Shown here: positions 27,395 through 34,441 of the stretch, piece after piece | How positions within the stretch are numbered: position 1 is the first letter of the stretch | Layout of the letters: each line of letters starts with the position of its first letter | Source of the DNA: a virus | Lineage: Duplodnaviria > Caudoviricetes | Virus record (IMG/VR): IMGVR_UViG_3300014204_000112 | Span: 128,001 to 192,000 of that record | Length of the DNA stretch: 64,000 bases | Strand: one strand, 5' to 3' | Made by a program: the position numbers and the translations under genes | The notes under the pieces: generated by a model | The model's input: only the letters and a program-made list of their open reading frames with translations | Told to the model about the DNA's origin: nothing | Database searches by the model: none

Positions 27395-27922
27395 ATGTTC
27401 TTTTTCTTCAATATTCTGTAGTTTCCAAACTTCAAACTGAATATTTTGTTCAGATAATGCTTTCCATTTACACTTATCGATTTCAGTTTCAAATCCTTTA
27501 ACTTCAATGTAATAGGTAGATCCATTAATATTGATGACTTTGAAATCCAATAGATAATTATGAACTTCGTTATCTGGACCTATGTATTGTATTCGGTCAT
27601 TTGTGTATTCCCAATCTCTTATTAAGTAGTTGGCCTTCCAATTATCAAGAATTTTACAAACTCGTAATTCAAAGGATCCCTGTACCTTGATTGATTTATA
27701 TTGATACCATTTAGAAGTTCCACCAGCTACATAATTATGACCTAACCTATAAGCTTGTTTATGAACTTCTGACCAATTTACTTTATTATGGTTTGACCAA
27801 CTTCCTCGTAATTTACTAGAACAGCTAACTGAGCAACATTTTTGATTTCTTTTATTCCAGTGAACTGAGAATTTAGTCAAACAATATTTACAAATTAACT
27901 GCACATCTTCGTGTTTTGTCAT
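27377..27922 (-). CDS. PD-(D/E)xK (TnsA-N-like) endonuclease
   Basis: QGSFELR, YLLDFKV, YIEVKG; paralog of 17549-18229. Confidence 0.8.
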   Translation of the reverse strand: MTKHEDVQLICKYCLTKFSVHWNKRNQKCCSVSCSSKLRGSWSNHNKVNWSEVHKQAYRLGHNYVAGGTSKWYQYKSIKVQGSFELRVCKILDNWKANYLIRDWEYTNDRIQYIGPDNEVHNYLLDFKVININGSTYYIEVKGFETEIDKCKWKALSEQNIQFEVWKLQNIEEKEHGLRGC

Positions 27923-27968
27923 GGCACTTTATTTATACGCGCCTCGTCTTTCGCCGTGAAGTTAAATG

Positions 27969-28044
27969 TGGTAGGCTCGAAGGGACTTGAACCCTTGACT
28001 CCCGCCTTAAAAGGGCGGTACTCTACCAACTGAGTTACGAACCC
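27969..28044 (-). tRNA. tRNA-Lys (TTT)
   Basis: ctTTTaa, CCA. Confidence 0.9.
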
Positions 28045-28460
28045 GTAATCGCTTCTCGAATCTTTTGTTTATGTTCATCCGATTTAGCTTTACCCCTATT
28101 TCCTTTACCACCGTTTGACGAACGTTTTCTCAAAAGTTCTTTAGCTTTAACTTTGCCATGTTTATCAATCATTCGTTGATAGATTGATGGCGCTCCATTT
28201 TCGTATTCGTCAATTTTATTATCTGACTTAGTCCCCCAATACATGTGATTAGGATTACTACATTTTGGATTGTTACAGCCGTGGCAAACAACGATGCTAT
28301 TTCCATTGACTGGCATTGTCGTATCGTAGTGGTATGCAACCAGAGCAACTAACTGAGTAGAGTATTTCAATCCACGTTCGTGGCAAGGTTCCTCTAACTT
28401 TAGCATTTGTTTTCTTTGTGCTCTAGTGTTTTCGATTACAAAATTTTCAACTGATTTCAT
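28035..28460 (-). CDS. HNH/His-Cys-type endonuclease
   Basis: VCHGCNNPKCSNPNHMYWGT..DN. Confidence 0.8.
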   Translation of the reverse strand: MKSVENFVIENTRAQRKQMLKLEEPCHERGLKYSTQLVALVAYHYDTTMPVNGNSIVVCHGCNNPKCSNPNHMYWGTKSDNKIDEYENGAPSIYQRMIDKHGKVKAKELLRKRSSNGGKGNRGKAKSDEHKQKIREAITGS

Positions 28461-28541
28461 GTTTTAGTTTATATATCTAGAGCAATCTCTTAAAAGTACA
28501 GCACTCTAGCGATAATTGGTCTTTGTTCAATAAATAACGGC

Positions 28542-28739
28542 ATGGTTAATGAACGTTATTTTATGTGCTCCAAGTGCGGAACAGTCGTCGACTCGTTCGG
28601 CAAAGCAGTGGATGCAAAGAAACTAGAAATAGACATAAAATCTTTAAGAAGTACCACTTGTAAGATTTGTCTTGACTATCAAATCTGGGAAAACAATACT
28701 TACTTTTCGAGGACTGATCGGGACTCGAACCCGAGATAA
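28542..28739 (+). CDS. small Zn-ribbon protein antisense to the tRNA array
   Basis: CSKC...CKIC; ATAAATA late-promoter-like motif just upstream on the + strand. Confidence 0.5.
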   Translation: MVNERYFMCSKCGTVVDSFGKAVDAKKLEIDIKSLRSTTCKICLDYQIWENNTYFSRTDRDSNPR

Positions 28740-28779
28740 CCAACTGGATGGGGCGCGCACCAACCACCACGTTCAGCCC
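28710..28779 (-). pseudogene. degenerate tRNA (anticodon arm poorly paired; TCC or CCA)
   Basis: GGGCTGA/TCAGTCC acceptor and TCGGGTTCGAGTCCCGA T arm intact. Confidence 0.5.
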
Positions 28780-28790
28780 ATAAATACAAA

Positions 28791-28925
28791 CAAGAACACT
28801 GGATAGAGGAATTTGATTGATGTCAATTTTACAGATTGATGACTTAGACCGCTCGTCCAACGACCCGAAAGCCGTACGGGATTCGAACCCGTGATCGAAG
28901 TAACTCTATGACCTTACTATGCTTG
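28791..28925 (-). ncRNA. Y-RNA-like RNA 7, permuted at the variable loop (T arm, looped acceptor, D arm, GTA anticodon arm)
   Basis: TAGTAA-N6-AGAGTTACTTCG ... CTCT..TTCT. Confidence 0.78.
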
Positions 28926-29373
28926 ATTTCTTATTTACAATGTTTTTTGCTCCGAACGTATGTGTTTGTGAATGACAGTTTGGACACAAAATTCTCAGAT
29001 TTTGAAGTCTGTGATTTCGGTTATTTCCGTCAATATGATCGACTTGTAATGATAAAGGTAGACCGTTCCATTCTGCTGGAGTTCCGCATTCTTCACATCG
29101 ATCCTCTTTATAACCTTCCAGTATCAATCGTCTTTTTAATTTCGATGTCGGATATTCTGGGTGTTTTCCTTCAAGAATGTCTAGCAATTTGAATGCTACT
29201 CCTCCGGTTCTTTTCATTTTTCGTAACTTGACTTCAATTTGTATTCCTAACAAATTGCAATATTTGGTTAGGGTTACTCTACTGATTCCAGTTACTTCTG
29301 AAAGTTCCAAAACAGAGCTAACGTTCTTGGCATTTTCATTGATTTTGTCTACGATTTCTTGGTTTAGCCGCAT
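28906..29373 (-). CDS. HNH endonuclease
   Basis: CEECG, LQVDHIDGN..NHRLQNLRILCPNCH; start moved to MRLNQ. Confidence 0.9.
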   Translation of the reverse strand: MRLNQEIVDKINENAKNVSSVLELSEVTGISRVTLTKYCNLLGIQIEVKLRKMKRTGGVAFKLLDILEGKHPEYPTSKLKRRLILEGYKEDRCEECGTPAEWNGLPLSLQVDHIDGNNRNHRLQNLRILCPNCHSQTHTFGAKNIVNKKSSIVRS

Positions 29374-29426
29374 TGCTTTATTTTTATTTATATGCGGTCT
29401 GTTTACCAAAACCTCTGTAAACTACG

Positions 29427-29508
29427 TGGGATGTGATGGAGTCGAACCACCCGAGCTTTCACAACAGATTTACAGTCTGCCCCGCTACCATCTACGGAAT
29501 AACATCCC
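29427..29508 (-). tRNA. tRNA-Tyr (GTA)
   Basis: ctGTAaa, variable arm. Confidence 0.9.
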
Positions 29509-29549
29509 ATTGTCCCTCTATTTTTGATTTCCTGGAGGGTGCGGAAGGT

Positions 29550-29669
29550 GCGGGAAGGTGAGATTCGAACTCACGAGATCAAATTGACAGTTTGATTGTT
29601 TCCGATGCAACTCTTATCATTGCTATCCTTTCAGAAGAAATTCGACAGAGCGTTTTGAATTTCTTCCCC
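29550..29669 (-). ncRNA. tRNA/Y-RNA chimera A (D arm replaced by the Y-like stem; GTC loop)
   Basis: GGGAAG/CTTCCC acceptor, CTCT..TTCT-loop-TAGCAA-N5-AGAGTTGCATCG, ctGTCaa, T arm. Confidence 0.75.
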
Positions 29670-29708
29670 GAGTGTACCTGTTTTTACTGTACAGGAGAAC
29701 AGTGTAGG

Positions 29709-29826
29709 AGGGGGAAGTTGGATTTGAACCAACGATCAAATTTTCAAGGTTTGATTGTGCCGATGAAACTCTTATCATTGCTATCATCGCTGAAGAAAGT
29801 CGACAGAGTCGTTTTTACTTTCCCCC
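29709..29826 (-). ncRNA. tRNA/Y-RNA chimera B
   Basis: GGGGGAA/TTCCCCC acceptor, same internal module, T arm GTTGGTTCAAATCCAAC. Confidence 0.75.
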
Positions 29827-29842
29827 ATGTTTTATTAAGTAT

Positions 29843-29967
29843 TGGCGAGGGAGGCTGGATTTGAACCAACATAATCAAGTTTTCAATTTGACTGTTACCG
29901 ATGCAACTCTATTCATTGCTATCATTGCTGAAGAAAGTCGGATAGAGCATTGTGTATATGCTCCCTC
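29843..29967 (-). ncRNA. tRNA/Y-RNA chimera C with encoded CCA (GAA loop)
   Basis: GAGGGAG/CTCCCTC-G-CCA, same internal module. Confidence 0.78.
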
Positions 29968-29975
29968 ATGTATTT

Positions 29976-30764
29976 TTATAGGTTCCAAGATTTTCCTTTG
30001 TACTCCCGATTCACTCTTCGGTATGAAGAGATGATCCCTTGTGAATGAAGATCGTAACCGTTGAGTATTCTTATATTCATTGGAAATTGGTCCCATTTTG
30101 CGAAATCTTTATCTGTAGGATATCCTTTAATTTCGATGTAAACATTATCCTCTAAAAGATAAAAATCTGGCGTGTAATACCTTTTTTTTCCATCAAAGAA
30201 GTATTCGAATTTTTCAGTAGGTCTTCGCCACTTGATCGAATTTGCATCCAACCATTTAGCATATTCAACTTCCCATATTCCTTGAAATTTTTTTCCAGCA
30301 TATTCATGAGTTCTAGACTTAGAAAAGGATAAATGCCAATTATCATTTTTAACGTTTTCTTTTATTGTATTAGCAATAGTATTTCGATGATCTATTGATA
30401 AATGTTTTCCTTTAAAAAAAGGTATGAATGCACCGGATTTAAGGTTAGTATTAAAAGTATCTGACCCTTTTTTAACTCTAGCATCGGTTTCTTTGGTTAA
30501 TCCGTGATTCCATGAAGGTTTACCACCAAGATTATTATTTTTCCAATTAATTCCATCTTCATGATTTCTCCAAATGTGAGAAATGATTCCTAATTTAGAA
30601 TAAACTTTACCACAGTATGGGCATTTATAAGTTCCATCATTTTGTAAATAATTAATGCTCTTTAATCTAATTTTCTTAGTTCCACAAGATTTTTCATGTT
30701 TAGATATATTACTTAAACTTATCTTAATGCCGCATTTTTTACAGTTAGTAGTGTGTCGGTTCAT
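29976..30764 (-). CDS. PD-(D/E)xK endonuclease with Zn fingers
   Basis: CPYCGK, GIWE, YTPDFYL, YIEIKG. Confidence 0.8.
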   Translation of the reverse strand: MNRHTTNCKKCGIKISLSNISKHEKSCGTKKIRLKSINYLQNDGTYKCPYCGKVYSKLGIISHIWRNHEDGINWKNNNLGGKPSWNHGLTKETDARVKKGSDTFNTNLKSGAFIPFFKGKHLSIDHRNTIANTIKENVKNDNWHLSFSKSRTHEYAGKKFQGIWEVEYAKWLDANSIKWRRPTEKFEYFFDGKKRYYTPDFYLLEDNVYIEIKGYPTDKDFAKWDQFPMNIRILNGYDLHSQGIISSYRRVNREYKGKSWNL

Positions 30765-30815
30765 TGCATTTGACCTTTATTTCTATTTATAATAGTCATA
30801 TGCAATTATTGTTAG

Positions 30816-30886
30816 CGGGTCCTCCTGGGCTCGAACCAGGGATCGAAAATTAACAGTTTCCCGTGATACCTCTTCACCAAAGACCC
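30816..30886 (-). tRNA. tRNA-Asn (GTT)
   Basis: ctGTTaa. Confidence 0.85.
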
Positions 30887-31062
30887 AATGTATTGAACGT
30901 GTCGACCACCCAACAAGGCCGATGTTATGGTGCAATTTGAAGCGCCGCACCTGGATTAGGGATTTCAGAGGTTGTTACTTGTGCTCAGCCTACGGGCCAC
31001 TCACTTTCTTTATGCATGTCTTGCATCGATTTCGCAACTTGAACCATCGTTCAATTTTTTAT

Positions 31063-31138
31063 TGGAGCGAGAGACGGGGATCGAACCCGCTGCATCCAGC
31101 TTGGAAGGCTGGCACTCAACCAAATGAGCTTCTCTCGC
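31063..31138 (-). tRNA. tRNA-Gly (TCC)
   Basis: ctTCCaa, CCA. Confidence 0.9.
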
Positions 31139-31223
31139 AATTATGGTAAGGGGATTCTCACGAAGGCCCTTACCTTGTCCGGAGGATGGTCGCCTCCAGA
31201 CGTTATGCCAATATTTCCCAAGA

Positions 31224-31235
31224 TGTCAAAGAACA
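31224..31235 (-). promoter_or_regulatory. boxA-like antitermination element at the head of the tRNA array
   Basis: TGTTCTTTGACA. Confidence 0.6.
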
Positions 31236-31341
31236 TCGTAACTGTAGCGATGTCCTGCTACTCTGTTACTGTGTGAATGAAGTTGGACTCGACCAACGTG
31301 TATTCTCTAATTCACTCGTATTTCAAAAGAACTGATGCCGT

Positions 31342-31380
31342 AAAACGAAAAAACCCGGACTTTTTGAAGGTCCGGGTTTT
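31342..31380 (-). terminator. attenuator terminator hairpin
   Basis: AAAACCCGGAC-loop-GTCCGGGTTTTTT then CGTTTT. Confidence 0.85.
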
Positions 31381-31410
31381 CCCTAGATTTCGTGATATGT
31401 TATTTCACCT

Positions 31411-31536
31411 TCACTCTAACCTATGTAAACCCAGACCCATTCTTTCGTCGCATGACGGATTCCATGTGCCAATAAATCCCACGAGGGCTATTGGTTGGGA
31501 ACTACGATACGACTTATGTAAGTTCTGGTTTTTCAT
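31411..31536 (-). CDS. 41-aa leader peptide of a putative tRNA-operon attenuator
   Basis: MKNQNLHKSYRSSQPIALVGFIGTWNPSCDERMGLGLHRLE*; contains the antiterminator strand GGTCTGGGTTT (31427-31437). Confidence 0.75.
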   Translation of the reverse strand: MKNQNLHKSYRSSQPIALVGFIGTWNPSCDERMGLGLHRLE

Positions 31537-32045
31537 TGGTTTTTGTGTTTGTTCAGGTTTATTTATCACGATACTTCAAAAAGTTTTCGCTTTAGTTTTG
31601 ATATTTTACCACTTTTTTTCTGGGTTGGTCGATTTTTTTTCTTGGGCCACCAAATTTATTTAAGTCGTATGGCGGTAAGTAATCGTCTCCCGTTGGAGTG
31701 GATGTTGTGTTGTACTCTTCATTTACTTTTCGGTTTTCACCGGAATTAAACTCTCTTGCAACTTTACCAAATTGGCATAGAACATTGGCCTGTTGAAAAT
31801 AAAAAGAGCCGTTTCGTATGCCGTGTGCATGGCCAGGTAAGCGTAATGAATGATGATCAAAATCAGAGCTACTATTGCTCCTGCGATCTTTGCGGCTCCC
31901 TTGAACTCCTTCATCATATTCTTCATTCTCTTCCAGTGGATGCCTTCTTTCTTGTAAACTACACCTAAGTAAGTCATGTTATTTTGATTTGATATTGCAA
32001 ATATACCAACTATTGCTGAAACGAAAAAATCCTGGTGAAACTTTT

Positions 32046-32738
32046 TTACAGAGAAGCTACGTAAACTTCCTTTTTGTCGAGGTAACACCTTGATTTGATG
32101 TTACTTGGAAGGTTTTCGTACTCTGATTTTGGCAGGTAAATGCAATTGTACGAATCGTAGTTAGGTATTGAGAACGCTACCGCCCAGTTATTCCCGTCGG
32201 CGTATTTGTGGCTAACGTACTGGATCTGAGGCTTATTCATTTTATCCGTCATCGGAGCCAATTTCACTTGATCGAGACTGTAGTAACCAACTTCCGGTTC
32301 GCCATCTTCATCCTTTACGAATCCTATGAGAGTATCGCCTTCATGTGTGTAGATCAGGTAATGAGCGCTCTTTTGATTCGCGAACTTGTACGTGTACTCG
32401 TACGTGTTCTTTTTTACCAGCTTCTTGGCGGTTTCGACTTTCTTTTGGAATCGTGGACTCCAGTCATCAGCTTCGAATGTTGGGCTTTTTACCCAGTTGC
32501 ATGAAGGATCCTTGAGAGCAGCATTTTCAACGTAGAATGAACGAAGAACGTAGCCTTTTGTAACCTCTGCTTTAACCGGAAGGTGTTTACGGCTAATGAA
32601 GTTGGCTGTCAGTATTGACACCAGCATCAGGGCTGCTGCGATTCCGAGAAACGTCAATCGGTTTTCCCAGAATTTCTTTCCGAATATGCAGCTACCTGCT
32701 ACTATGGCTATGATAATTGAAATTACTATCGTGTACAT
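32046..32738 (-). CDS. membrane protein (2 N-terminal TM segments)
   Basis: Hydrophobic N-terminal segments. Confidence 0.6.
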   Translation of the reverse strand: MYTIVISIIIAIVAGSCIFGKKFWENRLTFLGIAAALMLVSILTANFISRKHLPVKAEVTKGYVLRSFYVENAALKDPSCNWVKSPTFEADDWSPRFQKKVETAKKLVKKNTYEYTYKFANQKSAHYLIYTHEGDTLIGFVKDEDGEPEVGYYSLDQVKLAPMTDKMNKPQIQYVSHKYADGNNWAVAFSIPNYDSYNCIYLPKSEYENLPSNIKSRCYLDKKEVYVASL

Positions 32739-32774
32739 TGTTGTTATTTTTTAAGAGGTTTGTCCTTTATTGAA

Positions 32775-34187
32775 TTACTCGTCGTCTCCTGTGTCTACCC
32801 ATTCGATTCCAGGGCAGTAGTCCTTTTTGCTGGCTCCGAAGTACTCGCCGAAGATTCCGATGCTACCGAGAACTATTCCACCGAAGGCTTTCATTAGGCC
32901 CCATGCGAAGATACCGAAAGGAGTCAACACGTATGAATACAGGACGTCGTAGAAGATGAATTTTACCGGGATGTAGATTACATAGTACACGAGGTACCAG
33001 AGATCCAGGATGAGGTATTTCACCGGGTAAGCTGTGACGTAAAGGAGGCCATCAACGTACCAAACGGTCTTGCCGATTTTGTACTTCTGAATGACACCCT
33101 GAATCCAGTTGAAAATCACGTAACAGATACCGACGATCACTGCGAGAATTGCTAAAGCTCCAAGTCCGTACAGAATGTAAATCCAGTAATTGACTAATAT
33201 GTAACCGGCACAGTCGATAAGAACGTTAAGGAACCAGCTGATGCCTACTACTGCACATACGGTGAAGACGAGGACGATCAATGAAACCAGAAAACCGATG
33301 AACTGTTTGGTCCGTTTGATGATTGGGCTTCTCTTGTAATCAAAAGTCATTGCTGACGAGATTGCATTTCCAATCTTTTCCATTTGCAGGTTGAAGGGAC
33401 GCCAGAATTCTTCAGACTTACGTTTACGTTCCTGTTGTTTTTGGTAACGAATGCGTGCGAGTTCGGTCTGTTTGCGATCTTCTTCGAGTTCTCTTTCATT
33501 TTTCAGCCTCCGTGCTTCGCGACGAGCATCTTCGTGAGCGAGACGTTTAGCTTCAAGCTCTTCGACTTTGGCTGCGTACTTTTCCGGATCCTTAGTTTTA
33601 CTAATTCCGTACCTTACGCGAATGAAAGTTTCCATGAACGAGTAGCCGGAGTGCTTGAAGTGGGCTTTTGCAATGACCGGCACATCGTTGTAGTAACCAA
33701 GGCCAACCTTTTTTTCCACTTGAGCGACTCGTTCTTCCGGGAAGAACATGAGAGTGAAATCAGCGAACAACTCGATGACTTTGTAAAAAATGTAGGGAAA
33801 TCCCACGAGGAAGGTCAAAAATACTTGCCACAATAGGACGAACGGGGATACGAGCATGCAAAAAACAAGAAGCCAGAAATACGGGCACCCGTTCTGCATG
33901 GTCTGAGGAGTGGGGGTATTGCTACCGAGGATGTACTTCATCAGGCGATAGTGCCATGATTTCATGCTGATCTTCATGAGCTTCGGGCTTTCGCAGAAGT
34001 TCGTGAATTCAACGTGTTCTTCTTTCAAAAAGAACTTGCCTGACTCTTTTGCTGAGCCAGCGTACACTTCGATCGGTTTGATGAAGTATTCATCATTCTT
34101 TTTGAACAAAAAGCCCTTGAGATGATCAGTGTCGGTTTTCAACATGACCAGCTTGTTGAGCAGTGATTGCAACTTGTCGTTTTTCAT
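32775..34187 (-). CDS. multi-pass membrane protein with coiled coil
   Basis: CPYFW, several TM segments, charged central helix. Confidence 0.65.
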   Translation of the reverse strand: MKNDKLQSLLNKLVMLKTDTDHLKGFLFKKNDEYFIKPIEVYAGSAKESGKFFLKEEHVEFTNFCESPKLMKISMKSWHYRLMKYILGSNTPTPQTMQNGCPYFWLLVFCMLVSPFVLLWQVFLTFLVGFPYIFYKVIELFADFTLMFFPEERVAQVEKKVGLGYYNDVPVIAKAHFKHSGYSFMETFIRVRYGISKTKDPEKYAAKVEELEAKRLAHEDARREARRLKNERELEEDRKQTELARIRYQKQQERKRKSEEFWRPFNLQMEKIGNAISSAMTFDYKRSPIIKRTKQFIGFLVSLIVLVFTVCAVVGISWFLNVLIDCAGYILVNYWIYILYGLGALAILAVIVGICYVIFNWIQGVIQKYKIGKTVWYVDGLLYVTAYPVKYLILDLWYLVYYVIYIPVKFIFYDVLYSYVLTPFGIFAWGLMKAFGGIVLGSIGIFGEYFGASKKDYCPGIEWVDTGDDE

Positions 34188-34219
34188 GATTATGAATTTG
34201 GATTGTTATTGTACCACAA

Positions 34220-34441
34220 TTATTCGTGTTCGTACTTCGGGCATTCCCATACAGGAAGCGTCATGTTATTATCCACGCAGAACTAGTAATTAGCCTGAGC
34301 GAGTGGACAATTTTCTGGAGTATTCGGTTTGAAGAACTTGCACTCAAGGTGGCACAGGCAATGTTCCCTGTGCCGACCCTTGAGGTGTTCCTGGACGTTT
34401 ACCACAGTTCCGTGGTGTTCGTACTGGATTACTGTTGCCAT
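34220..34441 (-). CDS. Cys/His-rich small protein with an in-frame TAG at codon 53
   Basis: MATVIQYEHHG...HREHCLCHLEC...NCPLAQANY*FCVDNNMTLPVWECPKYEHE; TAATG-coupled to the NAMPT-like gene. Confidence 0.6.

Noticed and set aside
15052-30764. Group I introns hosting the endonucleases
   Set aside because: Flanking tRNAs are intact and the ORFs abut them with no room for intron core helices.
12124-31138. tmRNA or selenocysteine/opal-suppressor tRNA
   Set aside because: No tRNA-ended element is long enough or shows a tag ORF, and no UCA anticodon was found. The TGA anticodon at 19073 is ordinary Ser.
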